This document shows positions 40,363-51,322 of a stretch of 64,000 bases of DNA, piece after piece; position 1 is the first letter of the stretch, and every line of letters begins with the position of its first letter. Location: assembly GCA_963811105.1 (NCBI GenBank), contig CAWEPZ010000008.1:7672-71671 (forward strand), given 5' to 3'. The notes below the pieces were generated by a model. That model saw only the letters and a program-made list of their open reading frames with translations, searched no databases and was not told the DNA's origin. The DNA is from Candidatus Bathyarchaeota archaeon. GTDB lineage: Archaea; Thermoproteota; Bathyarchaeia; Bathyarchaeales; Bathycorpusculaceae. The translations under genes were made by a program, and so were the position numbers.

Positions 40363-40833
40363 TTGACAGAGACAATACCAGAATTTTGCCCAAATTGTGG
40401 CAAAAAGACATCTGCAAACACGGTTTTTTGTTCTTTCTGCGGAAAGACATTAACTTTAGAACGAAATTCTGCCGATACAAATATCCAGAGTTCGGAAATC
40501 GATATTTTTTCATTTGGACCGTCAGGAGTAATGATTTGCTTGGCAAGACCTAGCGCCTTTGCGAAAGCAAGAGTCAATATCAAAGTTTTCTTGACAAACA
40601 AGCGAATCTATGGTCTAAACAAATTTATTCGGACGAAGCTATACTTGGAATTACCTATAGAATCAATTCTTTCTTTAGAGGCATGCAGTTATTCCCGTTT
40701 TAAGGGAGTGCTTATTCACCATAAACTCGGCTCAGAAATAAAGGAGATAGCGATAATGGGTGACAAGAATAACTATGGAAATGTCGGTCACTTAGTAGAA
40801 TTGCTTACAAAAATGACTGCCACTAAAACGTGA
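40363..40833 (+). CDS. Zinc-ribbon plus PH/GRAM-like domain protein
   Basis: FCPNCGKK...FCSFCG; KVFLTNKRIY typical of PH-like folds. Confidence 0.7.
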   Translation: MTETIPEFCPNCGKKTSANTVFCSFCGKTLTLERNSADTNIQSSEIDIFSFGPSGVMICLARPSAFAKARVNIKVFLTNKRIYGLNKFIRTKLYLELPIESILSLEACSYSRFKGVLIHHKLGSEIKEIAIMGDKNNYGNVGHLVELLTKMTATKT

Positions 40834-40910
40834 TTCTTGCTTCTTTTAGGTTGATTATAGAAAGACATATAACTTGACCAAAATAATTGCTGTAAAGAGC
40901 TCGTATCACT

Positions 40911-41708
40911 ATGAAGTGTTATGAACACCCTGACAGGGAAGCTTTAGCAATATGCAAATCTTGTGGGAAGGGCTTATGCAAAGATTGCAATATTGATGTT
41001 CAAAGAATTAGTTACTGCAAAGATTGTTTAAATAATAAACTAACAGTTCAAAGCGATAAGGATGCTCAACTAAATTTATTATTCGGCCCAGAGGCTGAAT
41101 TGGAAAGAGAATTTAGATCTGGAGCAAATGGACTAATCGCACTAGGAATAGTTTCTCTTTTCATAGTTGTTTTTATTACTATTACGGACTTTTACAACAT
41201 ACAAGCCACTGGAGTAACAGCCATAATTTGGATATGGATAATAGCAACAGCGATCTCAATATTTTCAGCTGCCCTTGGGTATAAAGCATTAAGGACAGCA
41301 TATAGGAATAACTTAGGCATACCGGCGCGAATACTTGGCTATTTATCTGCAGTTTTCCTATTTTTGGTGTTATTGTTATGGCTTGTAATTGACCCAACAG
41401 TCGTATCCTCGCTTGATGCAATAAATGCCATTAATGGCTTGAAAACTTACTTTTATTTGACCTTCACAATTTTTGGCGTTACGCAAATTGTGTGGGGTAT
41501 CGCTCATCTCTCGAGTAGGCAACAAACTGGCAAAAGCAGTCTATCAGTTCTAAGCGGAATAGTAATGATAGTATCAGGGTCTATTGTATCTCTATCGATA
41601 GTTTTCTTTGATGCGGCGCTAGTACCTGGATTAGTTATCTTTGCAGTGTCAGCTTTCTTGTCTTCAGCAGTGTTCATTACTGCAAAAAGACCTAAACTAA
41701 ACAATTAG
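40911..41708 (+). CDS. B-box-like zinc finger plus multi-TM (DUF973-like) membrane protein
   Basis: MKCYEHPDREALAICKSCGKGLCKDC...YCKDC followed by about 6 TM helices. Confidence 0.75.
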   Translation: MKCYEHPDREALAICKSCGKGLCKDCNIDVQRISYCKDCLNNKLTVQSDKDAQLNLLFGPEAELEREFRSGANGLIALGIVSLFIVVFITITDFYNIQATGVTAIIWIWIIATAISIFSAALGYKALRTAYRNNLGIPARILGYLSAVFLFLVLLLWLVIDPTVVSSLDAINAINGLKTYFYLTFTIFGVTQIVWGIAHLSSRQQTGKSSLSVLSGIVMIVSGSIVSLSIVFFDAALVPGLVIFAVSAFLSSAVFITAKRPKLNN

Positions 41709-41743
41709 TCGGACCAAAAACTTTCGTAGGAGACAGGATAAAT

Positions 41744-43204
41744 TTGAAGGTCTATCAGAAAAAAGTTGGGTTCATTGTTTTATTACTAATTTTTAGTTTT
41801 ACTACTGAATTGTCTAACACAATAGTAGCCGCAAATACTGCGGGTACCTTACAAATAAAGTCTAACATTGACGGTGCAAATGTATTCATGGGAAACAATC
41901 CAAATGGAACTACGGATTCTTGGGGAAATTGCAATATCGGCGATATTTCGGCAGGGCAGTACACGATTAAAATAGCAAAAGTGGGATACAAAGACTGGAT
42001 CAAACAAATAGCGATCGACCCAGGGAAAACAACCATGATTTTTCCCTATCTTGAAAGTGGGACAGGAGCTGAAACAGTCAGACAGGAGATAATACTCTCC
42101 GGTTCTGTATCAGGCAGCTTAAAGGTGGTTTCTATTGAAGGTGTTAACATTTATGTTAATGACGAATTTGGCGGTATCACCGACACATGGGGAAATAGTC
42201 AAGTAAATGGCTTGCTTCAAGGCACATATTCTCTAAGAATAACTTGTTTAGGATACAAAAACTGGGTTAAAACCATTAATATAGAACCTGGTTTAACAAC
42301 AACTGTATACGCCGTTCCTGAACCCGGAGCTGGCGATAGTACAACAAGAGATGAAGTACTTTTTTACAATTCGTCTTATGGTAGCTTGCAGGTAAACTCA
42401 GCAAGCGACGTTAAAGTTTTTGTTAGCAATGAATACGGCGGTAAAATAGATGTTTGGGGTAGCATTGCAGTCAATGGATTGCTTAATGGCACTTATACAA
42501 TCAAACTTACCCAAAGTGGATTCAAAGAGTATGACAAGCAAGTTATAATTACGGCTGGTCAAACGACGCAACTGTATGCTTCCCTTGAACAAGGTACAGG
42601 AATTGCGGATACAAGAAATGAAACTTTAAGTTTTGATTCTCAATTTGGCACCTTAAAAATAAAAGGCGTTGATGGAACGGCTGTTTACATTGATAATGAG
42701 TATGGCGGAAGTATTGATTTTGGAGCTTGCCAGGTCAATGGTTTGATCGCGGGTGACTATAGCCTAAGGCTAACAAAAGAGGGGTACAAGGACTGGTTAA
42801 TTCCTGTATCTATAATCGCAGGACAAACAAAACAGATTGAATCAAACCAGCTGGTTAATTATACAGTCACTATTGATCCAAATTCTACCGACAAAACATC
42901 AATTCCAACCATAAACCCTAATGATATTTCTAAGCCATCATCTGCTGAAATAACTCTTCCGTCCAAGTCGAGCGTCTATCTTAACTTCTTAATTGCAGGC
43001 GGGGTAATCGCAATAATTGCTGTGTCTGTAATTTCCATAAGCATAATCATTTCAAGAAGAGGAAGAAACGTTAAAAAAAAGAGTATTCAAACAGAATCCA
43101 TCATAAATATACCGCAGGAGCCAGTGGCAAAATATTGTATAAATTGTGGGTCGATGGTCTCTCACAAGGAAGAGTTCTGCAAAAACTGCGGAAAAAAAGT
43201 GTAA
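41744..43204 (+). CDS. PEGA-repeat surface protein with C-terminal TM and cytoplasmic zinc ribbon
   Basis: Signal peptide; four roughly 89-aa PEGA repeats (G.L.V.S..G..V...G.Y.L.I.K.GYK.W); TM; YCINCG..FCKNCG. Confidence 0.85.
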   Translation: MKVYQKKVGFIVLLLIFSFTTELSNTIVAANTAGTLQIKSNIDGANVFMGNNPNGTTDSWGNCNIGDISAGQYTIKIAKVGYKDWIKQIAIDPGKTTMIFPYLESGTGAETVRQEIILSGSVSGSLKVVSIEGVNIYVNDEFGGITDTWGNSQVNGLLQGTYSLRITCLGYKNWVKTINIEPGLTTTVYAVPEPGAGDSTTRDEVLFYNSSYGSLQVNSASDVKVFVSNEYGGKIDVWGSIAVNGLLNGTYTIKLTQSGFKEYDKQVIITAGQTTQLYASLEQGTGIADTRNETLSFDSQFGTLKIKGVDGTAVYIDNEYGGSIDFGACQVNGLIAGDYSLRLTKEGYKDWLIPVSIIAGQTKQIESNQLVNYTVTIDPNSTDKTSIPTINPNDISKPSSAEITLPSKSSVYLNFLIAGGVIAIIAVSVISISIIISRRGRNVKKKSIQTESIINIPQEPVAKYCINCGSMVSHKEEFCKNCGKKV

Positions 43205-43930
43205 AGTCAAGCATGGTTATCATTGGCACGCACGTTTATAGTCCCAGATTTTTGGTATATTGAAGTTAGACCGTTATTCTGTTTCTGTTTAGGCTGTCTC
43301 TTATGCCGTCATTAGTCTTGGTATCAACTCTTCTTTTGCTTGCGTGACCAAAGCGGGTGACTTTCCAATTCTTCATATGTCCTCTGACAATTAGCGGATT
43401 TCTCATTAGTTTGTAGAAGGGCATTTTTATTTGAGAAGAATAAAGTTATGCTATGAAATTTAGTAATCGTTTGCCTACACTTATTCCTTGATAGTCTGGT
43501 ATAACGACTGAGCGGCTAAGAAATAAGCTTTGAAATGCCATGATTCAAGCTCATCACAGCAAAGGACTCAGGAACAAGCTCAACAAAAAGCTCGGTAGCC
43601 CGACGACCGAAGATAAGCCCTTACAGCACAAATCAGCGTTCTTTGATATCACATCTTGAAGCGGAATAGCACTAGCATACTTATCGATAGTCTCCTGAAC
43701 CCCTATCAAGGAGCGTATTCTCACTCTCAGTTAAACAATAAATATCGATTCTGGTCTCCGACTTAGCTGAATCATCCAACTGCAAAGCTAAGTGACCTAC
43801 TTTCCGGTTCAACGGCCAAGACTTCAAGGCACAAACACCACCCTCAGCTTTATCCTCCAAAACCGACCCTGCTATTTTGAATTTCAAGAGAACCCGACAG
43901 CAGCATTTTAGAGAGTAAGTTGCCCAAGAT

Positions 43931-44018
43931 ACCACGGAACAAGACAACCTTACCATAATGTAACAATACAGCAAACAAAACTCGGGAAGTCTAAAGATCT
44001 TACATTACTGGTGGGATT
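43931..44018 (+). repeat. 88-bp direct repeat, copy 1
   Basis: Core cagcaaacaaaactcgggaagtctaaagat(c/t)ttacattactg(g/t)tgggatt shared with 45981-46068. Confidence 0.9.
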
Positions 44019-45858
44019 TAGTCCAGTTATAGGCAGTAACACCATCATATTGTCCATAGATAATCATACCGTACGCTGAGGATACACTGTAGTCTCCAAA
44101 GATTCCCCATGGGTAACTTGACAGCTCGCTGGTCCATAATTCCTTTCCTGTTAACAAGTCCCAGCAATGCCAATGTCCATCGTTTAAACGTGCAGCAAAT
44201 TTTCCGTGATCGGCAACCGCTGTGCTTCCACTGTACAGACCCAAAGTAGAGTCGTTAGGGTTCGTTGAAACATTCCACAGTAGATTTCCTGTTGTCAGGC
44301 TTGCAGCCATTATGTTGAGACCATAGGCTACTCCTGAGGTGGTAGGGGTTATTCCAACCGTGCTAACAGCTATGCCTGCTTGGAAATCACAAGTGCCTAA
44401 GGAGCTGAAAGGCCAAGTTATATTGCTTATTATCCTAGTAGTGAAATTGTCGGTAACCGGGGCAGTGGTCCAGTTTAACAAACGATAGTTGCCGCTACCA
44501 AGACTTTGAACGCTCAAAACGTACGGGTCTTTGTAAAAGGTGCCTGTCATCCCTGTGAAATTATTGGCGAGACGTGTGATTCCGTTTATGAGAACTGCTC
44601 CAGTCCATGGATCATACTTTACAAGACGTGTACCTATAGACATGAGACAAGGCGTCAGTTGCAGTGGTTCACGAGCTTCAGAGCCAGGTACGCCTATGCC
44701 GCCCGCTGCCACAATGGGGGGAGAATAAACATATGAAATCACTGTTGGCGCGGTTTCACCTGATGCTAGGGGTCTTTCCCAAAATAATTGTCCTGTGCGT
44801 AAGTCGAAGCATTTCCAATAGGTTTGCGTGGTTGTTCCAACACCAGGTTTTGAGTAAGTCTGATAACATCGCCCATCATAGACTATGGTCGGATTACCCC
44901 CGCCCGTAAGTGCTGATCCAGGAGCGCCAGTGCCTATAGTGCCAGCCCCCAGTTGTCCGCCAGCGAGACTGTTTTGTCCAGTTGAGCCTCCGACAAGTCC
45001 TGATATTACGCCTTGGGTTAGCCAAACTATGTGTGCAGTTTTTGGTGCTTGAACATATGGTATGAAATTGTAATTGCTCATGTAAGTATTTGTTTCAACT
45101 GGCCAGTAAGCACTTCCTCCCGTTGCGACTCCACCTATGCTGCCAGGGGCCCCGCATACTCCCGTCGCAGGGTAGTTTCCTAGTATAGGCCACCATTCTC
45201 TATTGTCGGGCTGGGCGGGTCTTGTCCAGTAGTCCGTTGGAAGTGTAGATGAAGGCCAAGAAGCGACTGGTTGACTTTGTACTATAAATGTTTCCACCGG
45301 ACTGACTGATGGCTTATAGTAGGCTGATTGGGTGAAACTGTAGATTGTATTTACCGACGCTGATGCCTGCGATGTATAATTTCCCGGAGGGAAATAGCCG
45401 CCGGGGAAGTTAAATTGTATTGTCCAGTTGCCTAGCTGATCGGGTGCATACGTAAAGTATCCTGTTGTGTCTGCAAAAAAGGAATTGAATGGACCTACGG
45501 TGACTTTGGTTTCGTCAGGTTTTGTCATTGTGACTGTGTAACCTGTGTAGCATCGGCTTTGGTGAACTGGGGGCTCCGTCCATACGTTTACTAGGAGATA
45601 TTGACCGAGGCCTATTGGGTTAGGACTAAATGCTATTCGAGATAGAGTATCAAAACTCTGGTCAGGAGTGATACCTGCGGGTAGTGCCTGAGAGTATCCA
45701 GTTTGATTATTAGTTGGTGTGACTCCGGCAGGTAAGACGGCTTGAGCTTCAACTAATTGGATTGGTTTCGATGGCAATGCCATTAGTGTCGCAGAAGCAA
45801 GCATTAGAGCTATGAATATCAATGCAAAAGTTTTCTTTTCTATTACAAAAGTCTTCAT
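44005..45858 (-). pseudogene. 3'-truncated PQQ-like beta-propeller surface protein
   Basis: Collinear with its paralogues up to GVTAYNWT, then runs into the repeat (KSHQ*); about 250 C-terminal residues including the anchor are missing. Confidence 0.85.
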
Positions 45859-45980
45859 TTTCTTTTTTCTTCTGTTTTTGTTTGAGAAAGAGCTATCTTT
45901 CGAAGTTTTGCCCTTTCCCTAAATTAGGCTTGCAGTCAGGTATCTTATAAGTATGCTGGAAAGTAGTTGCTGATAAGGTA

Positions 45981-46068
45981 ACCACAAAACAAGACAACAC
46001 TTACCATATTTTATCATTCAGCAAACAAAACTCGGGAAGTCTAAAGATTTTACATTACTGTTGGGATT
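45981..46068 (+). repeat. 88-bp direct repeat, copy 2
   Basis: accacaaaacaagacaacacttaccata...cagcaaacaaaactcgggaagtctaaagattttacattactgttgggatt. Confidence 0.9.
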
Positions 46069-46389
46069 GCTGAGGCTCTGAAAGTCACTAAGGAGAAAAA
46101 AAATTGTTAAACATTTCTTAATTGCTGGCTAAAAGCGTCTATTCAGCCTCTTGCACTCGCGACATAACACTTTTTCTAGGAGAACATATGCTAGAAACTC
46201 AGTTTTAACCGCATGTTGAAAGTGCATACTGAATACAACGAGAATATTTTTGGGTGACTTGTTTGGCGCATCCTTTAGGTTGGATATAATCAAGAAGATT
46301 CGATACAATTTGCTACATCTGATATTTAGGAAAGATTTAAAATAAAACAGCCGATAAAGAAAGAGTCAAAAATAGGAGAAAAAAGAAAA

Positions 46390-48993
46390 ATGAACATTAA
46401 ATTCTCAGCAAATCTAAAAACAACCACAGCAATCGCTATAATGATACTAATTTTCTCTATTCTAATATCTACAATGCCTGTTCAAGCACAAGCTCAGATA
46501 ACTGGCGGAGCACCTCAAAGCTCCAATTACACAGGAGGACCTTTGCCAACAGGTGTCACTCCAAACGATACAATTGAAACCATAGCCTATCTCAGCGTTA
46601 GCCCCAACCCCATCGGAGTCGGCCAACTATTACTCGTAAACATGTGGCTTCAACCACCCGTAATTGTTAACCGAGTAGTCGTTGGATACAACGTCGTAAT
46701 AACAAAACCGGACGGAACCAAAGATACCATAGGACCTTTGAACTCCTATCAAGGAGACGCAACAAATTGGTTCACTTACCTTCCCCAACAAGCTGGCAAT
46801 TACACCTTCCAACTCTTCTATGCAGGCACATATTATCCAGCAGGATACTACAATCAGGGAATAGTTTACAGCACATCTCAAACAGGCGGAAGTGCACTTC
46901 TCCAATCAGCCTACTATCTACCTAGCAACAGTGCAGTCGTAAAACTTACGGTGCAGGCAGACCCTGTGGCAAGTTGGCCTCCATCTACTCTTCCTACGGA
47001 CTACTGGTCTCGCCCTATATCGCCAAATAATAGAGAATGGTGGGTAATTGCAGGAAACTTTCCGTTTAGCGGAATAGGAGGGGGAGCAAATTGGCCTGCT
47101 TACACGAACATATACGAGAGCAACTACAAGTTTGTTCCCTATGTACAAGCGCCAACCAGTGCACACGTATTATGGAGACAACAATTCGCAATAGGGGGTC
47201 TTATCGGAGGTACCCAAGGACAAACATCGGTATCTATGGGAATAGTTTCTCAAGGCGTTCCACATTTAATTTATGACGGAAGATGTTATGAGACTCTAAC
47301 TAAAGTCATGCCTCAAATAATCAATGGTTCAATCGTCAATCAGCCGGCATCTGTTTGGGAATGCTTTGACCTGCAAACAGGACAAGTATATTGGGATCAG
47401 ACAGGCATAACCCAACCCCCGACATTCATTACCTACGGCAGTAGTAGTCCAAGCGTACCCGGTGCGACTTCAGGTGAGACATCTGCAATTTACTTGGTAT
47501 ACATAGGCAGTAGCAGACTCGTAGAATATGACCCATACACAGGAGCCGTAGTCGTGAACGTTTCAATTCCAGTGACATCAGGCACAGTCTATGCGGACCC
47601 CTGGGTTCTAAGCATACAAACAATTGGAACAGGCGCAGCAACGCAGTACTATTTAATTAACTGGACCGTTACGGGAACTAGCACAAACTTTGCAACAAGA
47701 GTGAATAGCAACGTTTCTTATCCGTTCAGCACAATAGGCACTGCTGACTTCGAATCAATGATAGCTGTCAACACAGCCTCGATAACGCCTTCAGCTACCG
47801 GAACAGCTCAAGGCCAAATCCTTATGGGCTCCAGCTTAGTAACAGGAAAACTGCTATGGAACGTTTCAACCAGCGTTACCGCTTCGGAAATTTTCTTCGC
47901 ATCGCTTACTTTTGTCGCTGACCATGGAAAATTCGCCGCACGCATGGATGATGGTTACATTGAAGCATGGGATCTGAAAACTGGCGCAGTAGCTTGGAAA
48001 ACTTTGATGCCTACTCCCTGGGGAGAATTTGGAGTTTACGATGTATATTCGGCATATGGCCTTCTTTATTCAAATGCATATGATGGCGTTCGCGCACTTA
48101 ACTGGACCAACGGAAACATAGAATGGACATACCAATCAGACGCTGTTCCATTCGAAACTCCATACACTAACTCAACCGGTTCAGACGTTTACTCTTTCAG
48201 TGCACCGGGATATGTTGCTGACGGAAAAATCTACACATTCAATTGCGAACACACCCCCAGCGAGCCCTTAACCAGAGGATGGAAACTCTACTGCATCAAC
48301 GCTACTACAGGTGCGGGCATATGGAACATAACGTTCATGAGTTTAGGACAGAATGGACCTGGCGCTAGAGGCTTCCAAGGTGCTATTGCCGGAGGCTACC
48401 TCGCATACATCAACGAATATGACGGCTACCTTTATGTTTTCGGCAAAGGACAATGCGTAACCTCAGTCTCAGCTCCACAAACAGCAATCACTTCAGGAAC
48501 GCCAGCAATCATTTCAGGTACAGTCATGGACCAATCACCAGCACAGTCAGGCACGCCAGCCGTTTCAGACGCATCAATGGGAACATACATGGAGTACTTG
48601 CATATGCAACAGCCAATCGACGGACTATTCCATAACACAATCGTTACGGGTGTCCCAGTATCTATTGATGCAGTTGACCCTAACCAAAACTATATACACA
48701 TTGCAGATACCACGAGCGATGTCAGTGGATTATTCTCATACACTTGGACTCCAACACTCGCAGGTGACTACAAGATATATGCAACATTTGCAGGTAGCGG
48801 TTCTTACGGAAGCTCATATGCAGAAACAGCAGCCCATGTTGTCAATGCACCAGCGACAACATCTACTCCCACGCAAACAACTCAAACTTCAGCAGCAACC
48901 GCAACAGACGTAATGGCATACACAGTTGCCGCCGCCGTCGCCATAATCATAGCAATCGCTATCGTTGGTTTACTGTTACTTAGGAAAAAATAG
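46390..48993 (+). CDS. Secreted, membrane-anchored PQQ-like beta-propeller surface protein
   Basis: Signal peptide, repeated blades, NCEHTPSEP..RGWKLYC, C-terminal T-rich linker, TM and RKK. Confidence 0.88.
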   Translation: MNIKFSANLKTTTAIAIMILIFSILISTMPVQAQAQITGGAPQSSNYTGGPLPTGVTPNDTIETIAYLSVSPNPIGVGQLLLVNMWLQPPVIVNRVVVGYNVVITKPDGTKDTIGPLNSYQGDATNWFTYLPQQAGNYTFQLFYAGTYYPAGYYNQGIVYSTSQTGGSALLQSAYYLPSNSAVVKLTVQADPVASWPPSTLPTDYWSRPISPNNREWWVIAGNFPFSGIGGGANWPAYTNIYESNYKFVPYVQAPTSAHVLWRQQFAIGGLIGGTQGQTSVSMGIVSQGVPHLIYDGRCYETLTKVMPQIINGSIVNQPASVWECFDLQTGQVYWDQTGITQPPTFITYGSSSPSVPGATSGETSAIYLVYIGSSRLVEYDPYTGAVVVNVSIPVTSGTVYADPWVLSIQTIGTGAATQYYLINWTVTGTSTNFATRVNSNVSYPFSTIGTADFESMIAVNTASITPSATGTAQGQILMGSSLVTGKLLWNVSTSVTASEIFFASLTFVADHGKFAARMDDGYIEAWDLKTGAVAWKTLMPTPWGEFGVYDVYSAYGLLYSNAYDGVRALNWTNGNIEWTYQSDAVPFETPYTNSTGSDVYSFSAPGYVADGKIYTFNCEHTPSEPLTRGWKLYCINATTGAGIWNITFMSLGQNGPGARGFQGAIAGGYLAYINEYDGYLYVFGKGQCVTSVSAPQTAITSGTPAIISGTVMDQSPAQSGTPAVSDASMGTYMEYLHMQQPIDGLFHNTIVTGVPVSIDAVDPNQNYIHIADTTSDVSGLFSYTWTPTLAGDYKIYATFAGSGSYGSSYAETAAHVVNAPATTSTPTQTTQTSAATATDVMAYTVAAAVAIIIAIAIVGLLLLRKK

Positions 48994-49309
48994 AATAAAC
49001 AAGAAACCCACAAAACCCTTTTCCTTTTTTATTAAGGTACGAAATCAGGCTTAACGTCACACTACAAAATAGGCCGCCAAGTTGCACGAGCTTCAAAAAC
49101 ATTGTAAAAAAGTGTCTTCGCGAAAATAAATTTGAAGTATTCTGGTATATGAAGTTGATATATGGTTTCTAACCAATTATTATAGTATTAAGACTTGCGC
49201 AACTGTATTGCTAAATTCGGTACAACTCGATGAAAGAAATATCGCTTATAACGCATGACTTGACTGTGGAATATATCTGAAGAAAGTGACTGCGTTGACT
49301 GTAGAATTA

Positions 49310-49650
49310 ATGGAAACTGCCTTTAGACGTCGTGGAAATTTTGGCACACTAACCGAAATTATGGGTATCTGCAAGAATGGGTGTTCGTCGACTCAAATCA
49401 TGTTTAAAGCGAACCTTAGTTTTACCCAACTGAAACAGTATTTGGCTTCTCTTTTAAAATGGGTCTCCTTGAAAAGGTTGAGCGTGAGGGTAAGCGCCTC
49501 TATAGGTCGACAAATAAGGGTTTGGAGTTTATGGTTCTGCAACAACAAATAATTAATCTGTTAAATGATAAAGACTCGAGATGTTGTTCTAAGCGTCCTT
49601 TATCGGGCGTTATTCTTTTCCCACGAAATAATTCAAGGTTAATGTTTTAA
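49310..49650 (+). CDS. Winged-helix transcription regulator; -1 indel in A-run at 49456-49459
   Basis: RRGNFGTLTEIMGICKNG..TQIMFKANLSFTQLKQYL joins MGLLEKVE..YRSTNKG. Confidence 0.75.
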
Positions 49651-49842
49651 AAATTTTCTTGTGAAGTATTCACTGATTTTTTAGACGTTTTATTGAGTCT
49701 GCTTCGTGTGCAGTTTATGTCTGTGTGGTTTCCAAGCAAGGTATAATGCTGTAGTTAAAATGAGAGCTAAATTTTTTATATTTGAGAAGAGGAGGCTGTT
49801 AATAATAAGATGCAAATTTCCCAGTGCCAATGTAGAGGTTTG

Positions 49843-50499
49843 TTATGTTATTCTGGTGGCTGTTTCTATGATGACACCTTTTTTTCCCAGAGTATAAGTT
49901 AGCCTTCGCGTCGGGATTATTGTTCCTGACATTTTCCTTATTATCAGATGTCTCATGGTTGAGTCGGCTGACCAAGTTAATGCGAAGTTTATTGAGCCTT
50001 CCGCGAAATGGTTCAAGGTTGCTTCCGCTTGCGGGTCTTGCATGCCTTCAGTGATAAGGATCAGATGGAAATTTTGGCTTTTTCTGTTCTGATGCGTCAT
50101 GGCAGTTACTAAGTTAGCGATTTCTCCGATTTTGTGGATAAGCAACAGCTCTGAAAGAGAGTCAATCACAATGGTTCTACACTGCTGCATTTCCTCTAAA
50201 ACATTTTTCAGCAGTTCATTTGAGGTTGTGTTTTTGAGGCTCTTGAATCTCCAAGCCCCCGCATCCTCACACGACACTGTGTCCCATCCGTAAGCCGCCA
50301 TATCCTCTCGAACGCTCTCTGCCGAAACGTTAACTGTAAAATAAGTGACTGGACACGTCTGCACCCTGTTGAATAGGACTTGTTTTGCAAAGACTTCGTT
50401 TCCTGAACCTGGCGCACCTGTGAGAAGTATGATTTTTGGGGGCAGTCCGCCCATTAAGAATTCGTCGAGGCCGGCAATTCCAGTTTTCACAGTTTTCAT
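49843..50499 (-). CDS. Single-domain KaiC/RAD55-like RecA-fold protein with degenerate Walker A
   Basis: KTGIAGLDEFLMGGLP, GAPGSGNEVF, IVIDS, IIRKMSG. Confidence 0.82.
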   Translation of the reverse strand: MKTVKTGIAGLDEFLMGGLPPKIILLTGAPGSGNEVFAKQVLFNRVQTCPVTYFTVNVSAESVREDMAAYGWDTVSCEDAGAWRFKSLKNTTSNELLKNVLEEMQQCRTIVIDSLSELLLIHKIGEIANLVTAMTHQNRKSQNFHLILITEGMQDPQAEATLNHFAEGSINFALTWSADSTMRHLIIRKMSGTIIPTRRLTYTLGKKGVIIETATRIT

Positions 50500-50750
50500 T
50501 GACAGTTAACCTTTTCTGATATGAATATGAATTGCTTAGTATTAACTTTTGTAGAGTTAAGATATTAATTACATGTCCAATTGCTTTTCATTACCTTTTT
50601 TTAAGGTCAAAGAATTGAATGATTCTAACTTTTTTTGTTGTTATTCTTGATATATTTTAGAAATTGAATATAGAGTATTAATTCATCATACTTTTAAGCA
50701 TGCACTTCTAAATGGAGAACCAGTAAATCAAGAATAAAGGCGAAATAGAA

Positions 50751-51230
50751 ATGAAATTTGGAAAAACAATAAGGAATTTCCGTAAAGATGTACGCGCAAT
50801 CTCACCAGTAATTGCCACTCTACTAATGATAGCCATCGCAGTCGTCGCTTCCTTAGTTACTTACGCTTGGGTTATGGGATACATGAACTTCACAACAGAG
50901 AAGACCGGCAAAGCAATACAGATACAGAGTGTTTCCTACAGGTACGGAGGACCAATTGACGTATTTACAATATATGTACAAAACGTTGGCGACTCAGATC
51001 TTCAGCTTAGCAACTGCTAACAGTGTCATTCATAAACGGTGCAGTATCTACGGCCTCGGGATAACTGGCACCTCTGGAGCTACCACTACTCTGAGATAAG
51101 GGCTAATACAGCCATCTATAACTGGCAACAGCGCGCAAGTCTACTAGCAGGCGTTCAATCGATAACTATCAAAGTGACAACAACAGACGGAACATTCAGC
51201 CAAATAACTCAGCAATTCACTATCGTATAA
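50751..51230 (+). pseudogene. Archaeal type IV pilin with several indels after about 51005
   Basis: Class III signal peptide RKDVRA/ISPVIATLLMIAIAVVAS; C-terminal ITIKVTTTDGTF in another frame. Confidence 0.72.
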
Positions 51231-51322
51231 GTGTGGATTGTTTTGAGCATTTTTTCTTTTATTTTTTTTATTAACAGAGTCGATGAAGGAAGCGTTAACA
51301 TGAATGAGGGGAAATCGCTAAG

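Noticed and set aside
43500-43974. Minus-strand stretch that reads like a decayed gene (VLEDKAEGG...VQETIDKYASAIPLQDVI)
   Set aside because: Needs several frameshifts and I cannot assign a family; worth a TBLASTX but unsupported by eye.
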